Source: Candidatus Hadarchaeota archaeon
GTDB lineage: Archaea; CAYQAE01; CAYVLA01
Length of the DNA stretch: 64,000 bases
Reading direction: 5' to 3'
Assembly: GCA_964621445.1 (NCBI GenBank)
Contig: CAZUNO010000004.1
Coordinates: 64,001 to 128,000 of the forward strand
Below are positions 1-10,047 of the stretch, one piece after another. The notes under the pieces are model-generated. The model had not been told where the DNA came from. It made no database searches and worked only from the letters and a program-made list of their open reading frames with translations. Numbering within the stretch: the first letter of the stretch is position 1; the number at the start of each line of letters is the position of its first letter. The position numbers and the translations under genes are program-made.

Positions 1-172
1 ACCGTCGTATAGGCTTCGGTGTACATGGTGGGCTTATTGGATGCAAATTCAGGGCGCTGTATCCGGTGCTTTTCTACCTGAGGTACGAATCTCACCCGGT
101 TCCATTAACTACTTCAGTATCACTATTACATTCTATGAATTGGGCATGGTATCTCTGGATCAGGTGAAGGGA

Positions 173-583
173 ATGCGACTAAAAGACCTGGCGAACTCTC
201 CTTACCGCGTAGCGGCCACGGCTATGCTGTGTTTCCTGATCCTTTTTTACATTCACCCCGAGATCCTGTCTTTTCTGGCCATGTCCCAAGCTTTTGTATA
301 CAGCCTCGTGTTCTTGCGGACGCTGGTTGCGATTGTGGCCATCATTGCCCTTCTTCATGCATATATAACCGTAGGAGGTGTGGAATGGATTATCTGGCTG
401 GCACCGGCTGTTATTGAGTTAGCTTTTTGGCCTAGATTGCTACTCACGGTGCTATTCCAATACTATATCTGGTATCCCTCATGGAGTTCAAGGGCCCTAA
501 TCTATCCCTTATTGCTGGTAGTGGGATTCTTGCTCTCTCGACGAAGGTACTTAGCCTTCCTGCGATCGGCATCTGGCGTTTGA
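173..583 (+). CDS. Hypothetical multi-pass membrane protein (~136 aa)
   Basis: About four hydrophobic segments and a basic C-terminus. Start moved from 41 to ATG 173 because GGTGAAGG lies just upstream. Confidence 0.55.
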   Translation: MRLKDLANSPYRVAATAMLCFLILFYIHPEILSFLAMSQAFVYSLVFLRTLVAIVAIIALLHAYITVGGVEWIIWLAPAVIELAFWPRLLLTVLFQYYIWYPSWSSRALIYPLLLVVGFLLSRRRYLAFLRSASGV

Positions 584-806
584 CGCCCTTCATTTGGGGT
601 AATAGGGCGCGTGGTCACCCGGTATTGGCTTTGGTGAGTTGGTTGAGCCAGGTTCTTCATTTTTCGACCAACGTCAGAAAGACCAATACTCCTGGCGATA
701 CTGTGCACGTGGCGATCTGCAGCCCATCTGTTTACCAAAATAAGTAGCTTTATGAGAGCCCTGACCTTCAAAATGAAGGGGCAATTTGGTGCTTTTTACC
801 TGAGGG

Positions 807-2309
807 TCAGTCTCTCTCCGATTGGGGCGGGCTCACGGGAGCTTCATCCCCCGATCGTGTCCGTTGATTACCGAACTTTTCGCCGTAATAATTTATATCA
901 AAAAATCTGTATACATCCGTGGGTTCGATATCCTTGACTTTGGCCGCCCCCTCCCTGATCTGTTGAAGCTTCGGGAGTTTGGGTTCAGATCGGCCCACAA
1001 CCAGCGCCAGACGGCGTGGGAACACGGCATCGGCCGCGAATGCCTCCTCGTACTCCACGCGGATATTGAGCGCGTTTTCCGGAAGGGCCACCGATATCTC
1101 GCCGGATGGTTCTATCGTCTTGGGGAATCCTGGGATAGGCTCCCCGTCCACATTGACCTGGGTTAGCAGAAGATAGTTCTCGGATATGTTGCTAAAGGCA
1201 GCCTTGTCGGGCTCATTAATCATCACCTCGATGTCCTGGTCCCTGGTGACCGGCTTCCCCTTGACAATGAAAGAAAACTTGGGATCGAGACCCTTGAACT
1301 GTCCCCTCTCGTACTCGGCTGCCCGGGGCAGACGGTAGAAAATGTTGTATATGCACAGGTGGGTATCGGAGTACTCCTTCAGAACCCCGCGATACTCCCT
1401 GAACTTTCCATCGGGAGATAATACCTTAATCTTCACCAGCATGCCTATGCTGTTCTCGAGGAGGGCCTCGTACTTGCTGGGGGTGTAGGTAAAGGCGGTT
1501 GTCCGAGCCTCGGTGGCGATCTTCTGCATCTCCTCCGATCGCCCCTTGGTGAAGTAACCGGTGACCATGGTCGCTATCTGCTTGACACGGTCCCAGGCAA
1601 ATGCGATGAAGTTTCCCAGGGACCTCGAGGTCCTTCTGAGGAATCCGGGGTGAAAGAACTTCTCCCAGGCAACAAGTCGCGCCTTCATCTCAATATCCGG
1701 CAGCTCCTTGAAGAATCGGACGATACACAAGAGCCTATCCAGATCCTTGGAGTACACCTTGTGTGAGGCCTCTGGAGGCCGCTCGAACGGATTTAGGACA
1801 TAGTCGGAGTCCACGTCCACCTGTCCCCTGGATTTGAGCAGGCTGCGTATCCTTTCCGCGGCCCTTGAGTATTTCTCGTTTCCAGTGAACATCTGCGCCG
1901 TCCTCAGATAGGATATTAACTGTGAGAGGTTGTCGATGGCCTCCAGGTCATAGTTAACCTCAAAGCCGTTCCCGGCTTGAATCGGGACCTCCAGGACCCC
2001 AGAGTAGGCGTAGATGGCGGTGTCGCCCTCCTTGCCGCTGGTGAGAATGGCCTCAACGTGGTAACCCCCGAAATCCTTGATGCAGCGGTCCCGGGACTTG
2101 CGCAACAGTATGTAGCTTATGATAACGAATACGATAAGGGCGATGAACGCCAACATGATCAGTCTGAAATCGGAGTTGTTCTGCCACAGTTCGATAAACG
2201 TGCTCCAGAACCACCGCCAGAGCTCCGATAGCCACTGGATGGCGTCAGATATGGCGTTCCACATCTTGTCGCCAATTCCTCCATTTAACAGGTTGGTCAT
2301 GCCTATCAA
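807..2309 (-). CDS. Hypothetical protein with N-terminal membrane anchor (500 aa)
   Basis: Long ORF preceded by AGGAG. One TM helix (LIMLAFIALIVFVIISYILL) followed by RKSR and a large soluble region with no recognised catalytic motif. Confidence 0.75.
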   Translation of the reverse strand: MIGMTNLLNGGIGDKMWNAISDAIQWLSELWRWFWSTFIELWQNNSDFRLIMLAFIALIVFVIISYILLRKSRDRCIKDFGGYHVEAILTSGKEGDTAIYAYSGVLEVPIQAGNGFEVNYDLEAIDNLSQLISYLRTAQMFTGNEKYSRAAERIRSLLKSRGQVDVDSDYVLNPFERPPEASHKVYSKDLDRLLCIVRFFKELPDIEMKARLVAWEKFFHPGFLRRTSRSLGNFIAFAWDRVKQIATMVTGYFTKGRSEEMQKIATEARTTAFTYTPSKYEALLENSIGMLVKIKVLSPDGKFREYRGVLKEYSDTHLCIYNIFYRLPRAAEYERGQFKGLDPKFSFIVKGKPVTRDQDIEVMINEPDKAAFSNISENYLLLTQVNVDGEPIPGFPKTIEPSGEISVALPENALNIRVEYEEAFAADAVFPRRLALVVGRSEPKLPKLQQIREGAAKVKDIEPTDVYRFFDINYYGEKFGNQRTRSGDEAPVSPPQSERD

Positions 2310-2518
2310 TCGCTCCTAAGGACATTAACGTAACTGGAATGCCGAGATTTTAGGGTTGAGATTACGGTCCTTGCTCAAGAACTAGCTTCAGGGAAGTTCT
2401 TAAACATTGCCCCCGAACCCCGAACATCTAGCTGGGTCAGACGTGGACTCGGGGTTTAAACGAATCATCGGCCCTATGCGATCCCACTTCCGGTTATATG
2501 GCTTATAGTGGTATATGC

Positions 2519-2929
2519 TTAAGGGACGGTTTCAAACCGGTGGATATTCCGCGCACCGTCAAAACCCTTGTCGAATGAAAAGATTCCCGAAGCTCCCTTA
2601 TTGCGAATGACTACTATACTCACGGCATCGGCAAAGCTCAGCTGCTCGTATCTCTTGAATATATGATATGCTGCATTTAGAATATCTCTGTCCACATACA
2701 CTATCTCAAGATGATCGGAATCGAGCATTACTCGGGCCACCTCAGGAGAGCGGTCGGGCCTTATCTTCATCCTAAGATATGTAGTAACCTCGCCGAGAAT
2801 ATGGTCGGTAATCAGGGCTCTGCCAAGCTCTCCGTTCACTAGGCTTTGAAGTATCACTTTAGCTTTCTGGTGATATCTGTCATTTGGGTTGAAAGCACCA
2901 ATCCATACCCCGGAATCTATAACATACAT
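2519..2929 (-). CDS. vapC: VapC/PIN-domain toxin
   Basis: PIN motifs YVIDSGVW, ILGEV, LSFADAVS and IFSFDKGFD. Lies 2 nt downstream of an AbrB-type antitoxin. Confidence 0.92.
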   Translation of the reverse strand: MYVIDSGVWIGAFNPNDRYHQKAKVILQSLVNGELGRALITDHILGEVTTYLRMKIRPDRSPEVARVMLDSDHLEIVYVDRDILNAAYHIFKRYEQLSFADAVSIVVIRNKGASGIFSFDKGFDGARNIHRFETVP

Positions 2930-2931
2930 GT

Positions 2932-3180
2932 CTACCCCTCCTCGTAAGCGACGTGATTCATCTCTTTTGTTGCGTCCGAATCTTCTTCGGTAGGAAGGGC
3001 TCCAAGGAGCTTATTGAGGGGATCCTCCTTTTCCCTCTTCCGCACTCTGACATAAACCTCATCTCCGATTACGCTCCAGATGACCTCATCTCCCTGATTC
3101 AGTTCGAATCTTTTTCTTATGGAGGCCGGTACAACCGTCTGAAAGCCCTTTGAGATCTTGGTAACGTCCACCAATTTCAT
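2932..3180 (-). CDS. AbrB/MazE/SpoVT-family antitoxin
   Basis: TKISKGFQTVVPASIRKRFELNQGDEVIW swapped-hairpin signature. Operonic with the PIN toxin. Confidence 0.9.
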   Translation of the reverse strand: MKLVDVTKISKGFQTVVPASIRKRFELNQGDEVIWSVIGDEVYVRVRKREKEDPLNKLLGALPTEEDSDATKEMNHVAYEEG

Positions 3181-3620
3181 ATCACCATGTAGAATTAGAA
3201 TATTAAAAGTATTTAATGTTTTTATTTGTGAAAAGCTTCTTTATTATGAGATAATTTTGATTCATGGGAGTGAAAGCTTTGATCGGTCTTCCGGAACCTT
3301 CATCGGAGACACATCGTTGGCAATGATTACATACATCCCATTAATCTATCATCCATTGATATTTCTTGGCTTCAAATGTGGTTGAGGGGCATGGGCAGCG
3401 AGGAAAAAGAACCACATGCTTCATCCGTACAACCGCCCGCAGTCAGGAAGATGCTTGGAATTTTGTTATCTAATCCCATATTAGGGTAAAGTGGTAAATC
3501 GGCCCCTTTGTTAAACCGGTGAAGGATAAAGTCCTACATCGTTCTTCGAATTCACTTCAGGTTTTCCATGTATGTCAAGCTTGTTAAGTAAGCGATTAGG
3601 GCTGTCTCTTGAGCTGGTAT

Positions 3621-4076
3621 TTAGGGGACCATGAACGGCACACGCCCCGCATATTTCTCATAGGCTTCACCGTACCTTGACTTTAGGTGTAGATCCTCGA
3701 TCTTGGCGAGGACCAGGTAGGCAGAAACCTCCAGAAGCCAGGCCACTGCAATCCATATGCCAGCGATTGACTCCCCGCCCTCACCCCAGACCCACACCGG
3801 ATTCATCCGCAGCACGCCAACCGTTAACCCACCGGTAAGCAATATGAGGCCAAGGTATTGGGGATGCAGGAATCCTCCCCCTAATATGGCCCCTCTGAAC
3901 AGAAGCATCAACAAAGAAATCAGGACAACTCCTGCAAGCGGCATGCTCATCGCCCCCCAGAACATCCACGTATTGGGCACGAACTGAAATAGGGGGACTA
4001 GAAGACCAAAAAACCAAAGGATGGCACCCTTTATCTTCTGGGTGCGAGAAGTGGGGTTATCGGATTCCATCGGCAA
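3621..4076 (-). CDS. Isoprenylcysteine carboxyl methyltransferase/PEMT-like membrane protein, possibly degenerate
   Basis: HPQYLG and C-terminal IEDLHLKSRYGEAYEKYAGRVPFMVP. The usual G-x-Y-x-x-VR before HPQY is missing. Confidence 0.6.
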   Translation of the reverse strand: MPMESDNPTSRTQKIKGAILWFFGLLVPLFQFVPNTWMFWGAMSMPLAGVVLISLLMLLFRGAILGGGFLHPQYLGLILLTGGLTVGVLRMNPVWVWGEGGESIAGIWIAVAWLLEVSAYLVLAKIEDLHLKSRYGEAYEKYAGRVPFMVP

Positions 4077-4416
4077 GACTTCTCGATCTTCATTCTTTAT
4101 TTGTGAACTGAAACGATATCAAAATTGGACCTGAAACGAACTATGCCCGATGGGATAGGATCGGTTTCCAGTCAACCATTCAAAGGCCGATGTCTCATTT
4201 GTAAGCGCCAAGAGACAGGTGGTCATCAAGTTTCATGGTCAGCGCAGAACTACACCTGCTTTCGCTAGGGATGTTTAGATAAATAAATATAGTGATCTTG
4301 AGAATGGTAATGATTGACCTTCACTAGAAGTGGAGGAAAGTATGGCTTTGATGATGGTAGCCAATCCCTCAATAATCAAATTTCTTCGCAAGGCGTCCGA
4401 TGCTCGACAACATCTC

Positions 4417-5208
4417 TCAGATCTTTATATCCCGTCTTCCGAAATACCACATGGCGGCAACCAGACATAGTACGGTAACCGCCAGGAGAACTAAGCCCCC
4501 TCTAAGGTCGGGGTTCCCCTCCAGAAGCGTGTCAACCGGATCGTAGTAATGAACCAGGGAGAACAGTCCCAGGTCCTCGTAATCGGGCGAAAGAATGCTT
4601 ATTGACTCCAGTATATAGGCCCCGATGACGATCGCCATGGCGACTATGCTTGCCTTCATCTTCCTGTCTATGATCACAGATACCAATAATCCGATGGCAA
4701 CCACCGATAGGAAGTAGGGGATTGACATGATGTGAGTCATGGCTAGGTTCGCGAGATCGATTTCTTCGCCTATCGCGGGAGTGACGGCATAGACCGAGAT
4801 CATTGCCCCGAATACCACCGCCAATATCATTGGCAACAGTCCAGTGAATTTCTCAAACACGATCCTGTATCTGGGAATCGGATTGGAGAGGAGCATGTCC
4901 ATGGTCTTTGCCTCGATCTCCTTCGATACGGATGAACCTGCTATGTACGCAAAAAGGAGGCCTCCGACTAGGATCCAGAAAATCTGGTAGAACTCCCCGT
5001 TGAGGAACCCAGGGTAGGAAGCAAAGCTCTGAAAGCCCCTTATAGGCATGGAGGGGATGTTATCCATCATCTCATCCATGTAGTCCTTGAAAGCGGGCCA
5101 CATGGCCGCGTAAACTGCCGCCAATAAAACGAAGATGAGCGTCAAAATCACCGTGGTCTTGAGATTATCCTTAACCGTTCGGACGGCGACGTTAGGCCTC
5201 AATCTCAT
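4417..5208 (-). CDS. ABC-2 type transporter permease
   Basis: About six TM helices and the motif SKEIEAKTMDMLLSNPIPR. Follows the ABC ATPase. Start taken at MRLRPNV. Confidence 0.88.
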   Translation of the reverse strand: MRLRPNVAVRTVKDNLKTTVILTLIFVLLAAVYAAMWPAFKDYMDEMMDNIPSMPIRGFQSFASYPGFLNGEFYQIFWILVGGLLFAYIAGSSVSKEIEAKTMDMLLSNPIPRYRIVFEKFTGLLPMILAVVFGAMISVYAVTPAIGEEIDLANLAMTHIMSIPYFLSVVAIGLLVSVIIDRKMKASIVAMAIVIGAYILESISILSPDYEDLGLFSLVHYYDPVDTLLEGNPDLRGGLVLLAVTVLCLVAAMWYFGRRDIKI

Positions 5209-5212
5209 TACG

Positions 5213-6082
5213 TTACCCTTCCTCCTCATAGTAATGCATGAAGATGTCCTCAAGGCTGAAGTTCTCCACCTCTAAATCCATCACCTTGAATCGTGCCAAT
5301 TCCCGTATCCAGGGATTGATGTCATCCTCGACCACGAACTCTATCCATCCGTCCTCTATCTTGGTATCCTTCGGGCCGTTGAACCTCTTTGGATCGCCCT
5401 CTATCTTGACTCTGACCCTCTTACCCCTCTTGTCCTTCAGGGACTGGATATCCTCCAAGGCCACCAGTTTCCCCTCCCGGATTATTCCCACCCGATCGCA
5501 TATCTTGTCGACCTCGCTCAGAATGTGGGAGGAGAAGAAAACCGTTCTTCCTCTCTCCTTCTGCTCTCTCAGGAACTCATAGACCGTCTCCTGCATGAGA
5601 GGGTCTAGACCGGCGGTTGGCTCATCCATCACCACCAGCTTGGGATCATTCATGAAGGCCTGGATGATCGCCACCTTCTGTTTCATTCCCCTAGAGTAGC
5701 CCTGGATCGCCCGGTCCAACGGAACCTGGAATCTCTCGAGTAGAACTTCCAGAAGATCATCCCGGGAGCCCTTAAGGGACGAGAAGAAGTCCAGGAACTC
5801 CTGTCCGGTAAGACCGCCGTAGAGACTCAAATCTCCTGGCACATAACCGACCTCTTTCTTGATGTTCACGATATCCTCCTGGATATCCATTCCCAGAATG
5901 TGGGCCTCTCCCCCGGTGGGGTTGAGGAAGCCCAGCAGGGTACGAATGGTCGTCGTCTTTCCTGCCCCATTTGGTCCCAGATACCCGAAGATCTCACCGG
6001 ACTCGACCTCCATGTTAAGGTCCTCTATACCCCTGGTCTTCCCGTAGTACTTCGTGAGCCCGCGAGTCTCAATGATAGTCAA
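5213..6082 (-). CDS. ABC transporter ATP-binding protein
   Basis: Walker A GPNGAGKTT, signature YSRGMKQK, Walker B VVMDEPT and H-loop SSH. TTG start at 6082 after AAGGTGT (ORF track start is 6136). Confidence 0.95.
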   Translation of the reverse strand: MTIIETRGLTKYYGKTRGIEDLNMEVESGEIFGYLGPNGAGKTTTIRTLLGFLNPTGGEAHILGMDIQEDIVNIKKEVGYVPGDLSLYGGLTGQEFLDFFSSLKGSRDDLLEVLLERFQVPLDRAIQGYSRGMKQKVAIIQAFMNDPKLVVMDEPTAGLDPLMQETVYEFLREQKERGRTVFFSSHILSEVDKICDRVGIIREGKLVALEDIQSLKDKRGKRVRVKIEGDPKRFNGPKDTKIEDGWIEFVVEDDINPWIRELARFKVMDLEVENFSLEDIFMHYYEEEG

Positions 6083-6137
6083 ATTGACACCTTGGATTAT
6101 GAGTTCCTCCAAAATCCTTGAATAAAAATCCTGCATT

Positions 6138-7448
6138 CTAAGATTTGGAAATTGCTCTCGATAAGGAATTACGGCCCAAAATCAATATATTGGCGGTCCA
6201 AGCAGCGTACATTGCCATCCAGGGCATCAGGGGAAAATGAAGTCTGCTGTGACCTATGGTAAGGAGAGAGATAAAGGTAAAGTAAGCCATGATCATCAGG
6301 GGAGAAATGGGAAAATTGGCACCCTTCCTCAACCGCCGGAAAAGAAGTGGCAGGCAGACAATGAACCCACCGAGTATGAGTATATAGTAAACCTGGTCAA
6401 CAAGGATGAGGATGTCGAAGAATTCAAGGTTCTCCTTGGAGATCGATTTCATCCCTTTCCTGTTCCACATGAAGCCCTCTCCGTCCTCATTGTAGAGATA
6501 GAACAGCTTCCGGGGCCATAACTTGACGGTTTCTACCGGATGGTTCATCATGTAGTTAATTGCCACCCTGCGAGCAACCCTGTTCCTCTCGTACTCTGCA
6601 CTGGTGTAGTTCACAAGGGGCTCGAGTCTATCCTGATACGCGGGATTATAAGTACCGGTAGCGTAAGGATTGTTACCATAGAGCAGGTTAAGTCCGTCAT
6701 TATTGGAGAGCATAAAACCTCCGAAAACCTTGTAGTTCCTTATAACCCATGGGGAAACGGTCAATCCCAGAGCGAGATAAAGAATAGCTGCGTTTTTAAG
6801 AGATGGTAGAGATCTCCTTCTTCCCAACATGATCCAGGAGGCCAGAATCACCAAAGGCACCAGCAGTGCATAGGTCTTTACCAGCACCGCTAACCCGAAA
6901 ACCACTCCACTTAGCAAACCCATAACCCCCTTCGCGCGGGATCTCATAAGCAGAAACACGCCCAGGAGCAACAGGAAGAGGAACAGGGTTTCCGTTGCCA
7001 CCAGCGAGCTATATGCGATGTGGTTAGGATAGAAGGCAAGCAATCCCAGGGCCAGACGACCGCACATTTCGGATGAGAACAGCCTCTTGGCCACCGCATA
7101 TGAGAGGTATAAGACCCCAATGTACAGCACAACATTGGCCACCTTCGCAACCCCAAGTGAGGGGCCAAAAAGGCTAAAATGTAGGGCCAGAAACCCCGGG
7201 TAACCGATTGGCCAGAAGGCGGTCGGCGTTCCATTGATGGTGTAGCCCCGATCCTCAGCTATGTCCATGCCCCTCTGGTAGTACCATCGGAAGTCACTTA
7301 GAGGCTGGGGGGTGACAAGACAAATCCAGGATAACCTGACGAGCAGGCTGGCGGTCAAACAGGCGGGAAGGAAGTATCTTGAAGATACTAATTCTCTCAA
7401 GAACCTCCTAAGAGATGAGAAAAGTGACACGGTGGCCGGTTCAGCCAA
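6138..7448 (-). CDS. GT-C/ArnT-like (GT39/PMT_2) membrane glycosyltransferase
   Basis: Many TM helices with SDFRWY, TAFWPIGYPGFLA, TETLF, PWVIRNY and RLHFPLMP motifs. Confidence 0.8.
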   Translation of the reverse strand: MAEPATVSLFSSLRRFLRELVSSRYFLPACLTASLLVRLSWICLVTPQPLSDFRWYYQRGMDIAEDRGYTINGTPTAFWPIGYPGFLALHFSLFGPSLGVAKVANVVLYIGVLYLSYAVAKRLFSSEMCGRLALGLLAFYPNHIAYSSLVATETLFLFLLLLGVFLLMRSRAKGVMGLLSGVVFGLAVLVKTYALLVPLVILASWIMLGRRRSLPSLKNAAILYLALGLTVSPWVIRNYKVFGGFMLSNNDGLNLLYGNNPYATGTYNPAYQDRLEPLVNYTSAEYERNRVARRVAINYMMNHPVETVKLWPRKLFYLYNEDGEGFMWNRKGMKSISKENLEFFDILILVDQVYYILILGGFIVCLPLLFRRLRKGANFPISPLMIMAYFTFISLLTIGHSRLHFPLMPWMAMYAAWTANILILGRNSLSRAISKS

Positions 7449-7517
7449 AAAAACATCTCACGAGTGAGTTTCAATAACCTGTGCTATCAATAATATCCTT
7501 TCCGATGGGCGAGGGTA

Positions 7518-8762
7518 TCAGGCCTCTCTCAATCTGGTAACCTCAACATCCTGGTAAAGACGCCTCTTGACCATCAGGCTCCAGACCACGAAACCGGCAA
7601 TGAACACCGTCGCCGCCACGCTAAACCATTCTATAACATAGATCCAGAAAAGGGCCCTGTCCTTGAGTTCTATGGCCTTGTGATCGAGTTCATCCATCTT
7701 CGATTCCATCTCAGTGAGAAGGTTCAGTGCTTGATCCCACTCCTGTTCCTTGTATAGCTCCTGACTACGCCTGAAATCAGCGTCGATGGCCTCAAGATCC
7801 TTTTCGACGGTTCCAATATTCGCTCCAAACTTTTCCACAAAGGCCAGGAGGGACAGGAGAATGGTCCTTCTCTCGAAGTAATTTCCCAGCCTGTAACGCA
7901 CCCTATGCACCAGTTCCAGATCCTGGGGCACGGACAACCCGGCTGAGTAGTAAACCAGGTTGCTGGCAAAATCAATATAGTATTCCCACTTCTGAAAGGG
8001 CTCCAATCTCCAGGGATACCAGTCGAAAATGAGGTTGGTTCCCCTCCCCTTCCCGATATCCCAGGTGGATAGCACGGGGTGCTTCTCCGGTATATCCATC
8101 TCCAGCAGGGTCTTCGCCCCCTGCTTGGTGCGTGTGATATGAATCTTGTAATTTATTGCCGGGCAGCTGTCCCAGGGGAGGGAGGATACAAAGGGATCAT
8201 CGGGGAGAGCAGGGGATATGTAAAACGCGGGTTTTGGTCCCCCGGGGCTGGAGTCATAGTTATCATTCGCCTTGAAGTCGACTGCAAATATCTGGGTTAT
8301 TAAGGTGCCCTCCCAGGATCTCTGGGACCATGACTCGTAACCGCCATACATCGCGGAGCCACCCGTGGTCAGGAAGCCCAGTCCTTCCTCAACCACCGAG
8401 TCCACCATCCAGGGAAAGTATTTGGCTGGAAAGTTGTCGACCGTGGCATCGCTGATCATGATAAGGTCGAAATTTGTCCTCATTCGTTCCTCGGTTCTGG
8501 GCATATATATTCGCATGAAGCGCTCCGTGGTTTCCGATTCGAAGATGCTTTCATAAAGGGGAACGGTCTGGGCGGAGATCAGAGGGTCCGTGTGGAGTAT
8601 GGTCAGTGGGGAGGCCGTTCCTGGGACCGCATCCGCCCCCATGTTTAGAACCCTCACCGCCCCCGTCTCGGGGTCTCTACGTTGCTCCATACAGTGGATT
8701 GAGGACAATGATAGGCTTAGGCAGAGCAGCAAGACCAACTTCAGGTTACGGACCATGATCAA
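7518..8762 (-). CDS. Secreted, C-terminally anchored protein with class I glutamine-amidotransferase-like domain; paralogue of 22015..23292
   Basis: Signal peptide; FDLIMISD, GLGFLTTGG and GKGRG resemble the GATase-like fold; helical region; C-terminal TM plus KRRLY. Confidence 0.75.
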   Translation of the reverse strand: MIMVRNLKLVLLLCLSLSLSSIHCMEQRRDPETGAVRVLNMGADAVPGTASPLTILHTDPLISAQTVPLYESIFESETTERFMRIYMPRTEERMRTNFDLIMISDATVDNFPAKYFPWMVDSVVEEGLGFLTTGGSAMYGGYESWSQRSWEGTLITQIFAVDFKANDNYDSSPGGPKPAFYISPALPDDPFVSSLPWDSCPAINYKIHITRTKQGAKTLLEMDIPEKHPVLSTWDIGKGRGTNLIFDWYPWRLEPFQKWEYYIDFASNLVYYSAGLSVPQDLELVHRVRYRLGNYFERRTILLSLLAFVEKFGANIGTVEKDLEAIDADFRRSQELYKEQEWDQALNLLTEMESKMDELDHKAIELKDRALFWIYVIEWFSVAATVFIAGFVVWSLMVKRRLYQDVEVTRLREA

Positions 8763-8901
8763 GACTCCGGGGTCTCCCTATTTTTATCTCACCGTAGAAT
8801 TGAAAAATGAGGGCCGGGTCCTATGGTAATTTGATCGATCTTAACCTTTCGAAACGTGGGAACTACCGAAATTATAAGAGAGGAGATTACATAATGCTGT
8901 T

Positions 8902-9183
8902 GTGCGACATCATTTGAGGAGAGCCAAAGCCAGCCAGCATGGGCCCTCGACGGTGAGAAAAAGGGATGTCGAGATTCTGGCCCAGAAGCTGCATCAGGGA
9001 TGGCTGAACGCCATGCAGAGGTCGGGTTACCATCTTCCCTGTGATTGTCCGTCCCTTGACGGGTCCTGTCCCAAATGTTGCCCGGATCTGGTTGATTACC
9101 ATAGCCTGCCGTCTGAGATTAGGAAGGAGAGGCTGAATCACGCCACCAGCCTGACTCTTGACCTGGTCTGCGGATGGTCGTAA
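8902..9183 (+). CDS. Small stand-alone RyR-domain-like protein with Cys-rich loop
   Basis: EILAQKLHQGW...GY...PDLVDYHSLPSEIRKE fits the RyR repeat pattern. Start uncertain (GTG 8902 or 8953). Confidence 0.55.
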   Translation: MRHHLRRAKASQHGPSTVRKRDVEILAQKLHQGWLNAMQRSGYHLPCDCPSLDGSCPKCCPDLVDYHSLPSEIRKERLNHATSLTLDLVCGWS

Positions 9184-9203
9184 TATCCTGATCTAGCACC
9201 GTA

Positions 9204-9992
9204 TTAGGGCATCACTTGGCAGTTCGGGCAGTAGTAGGTCGTGCGACCCGAGACGGTGATCTTTTCCACGTCTTCCCCACATCTGGGGCAGTCCGCCTCA
9301 GGATCCCGGTGTTGTATGAAACTGTGGCCAAAATGGTCCTGAATGGAGCCCTGGTCGGAGACCGCCTTCTCTAGTACGGCCCTCATATTTTTGTAAAGTT
9401 CCCTTATCCGGCAATCCTGGAGTTCGTTGGCCCTGGTCTTAGGGCTAATCCGGGACTGGAAAAGTATCTCATCGGCATAGATATTGCCTATGCCCGCCAC
9501 AAATGACTGATCAAGGAGCAGGGATTTGAGCATGGCCCGGCGGTTTTTGAAGCCGGCCTTGAAATTCTCAATATCCAGGTCCTCGTCAAGGGCGTGAAGG
9601 CCCAATTCCTTTGAATCGATATATGTCTGCAAATCGTCGGTAAACCCAACCAGTCCTAAGAGGCGAACGCAAACATAGGCCAGGTTGAAGCCATTTTCAA
9701 AACGAAAAATGACCTTGGAGTATTCTGGCCCGCTTTCCCTGAAGTACTTCGGGTTACCGGTCATCCCGAAGTGCATCACCACCCATTTTTCCTGTCCGGT
9801 GTTTAGAAAGAGGAACTTGCCGTGTTGGTATGTCTCCTCAAAAGACGAGTCCTTCACCCTTCTTTCAAGAATCTGGGGAGAAATATCCTCAAGTATACGG
9901 TCATCAAGAACCTTGGTTTCCACTATCCTATGGTGGAGAGAGGTTGAGTCAATGTATCTTTTGAATTCAGCTACATCGGGTAGCTCTGGCAT
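9204..9992 (-). CDS. mutM: Fpg/MutM-family DNA glycosylase/AP lyase
   Basis: N-terminal MPELPDV, HFGMTG, H2TH motif LLDQSFVAGIGNIYADEILF and zinc finger CPRC...CPNCQ. Confidence 0.93.
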   Translation of the reverse strand: MPELPDVAEFKRYIDSTSLHHRIVETKVLDDRILEDISPQILERRVKDSSFEETYQHGKFLFLNTGQEKWVVMHFGMTGNPKYFRESGPEYSKVIFRFENGFNLAYVCVRLLGLVGFTDDLQTYIDSKELGLHALDEDLDIENFKAGFKNRRAMLKSLLLDQSFVAGIGNIYADEILFQSRISPKTRANELQDCRIRELYKNMRAVLEKAVSDQGSIQDHFGHSFIQHRDPEADCPRCGEDVEKITVSGRTTYYCPNCQVMP

Positions 9993-10047
9993 TTCCGTGA
10001 TCACATCCTCGTTGGTATTTCACCTGATACATGGTTAATGTCACTTC

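Noticed and set aside
1-95. Possible 5' end of a minus-strand gene at the window edge
   Set aside because: About 31 open codons from a GTG with no recognisable motif; cannot be supported.
3181-3620. Short ORFs in the AT-rich gap upstream of the antitoxin
   Set aside because: All are short and motif-less; the gap is more likely promoter or degraded sequence.
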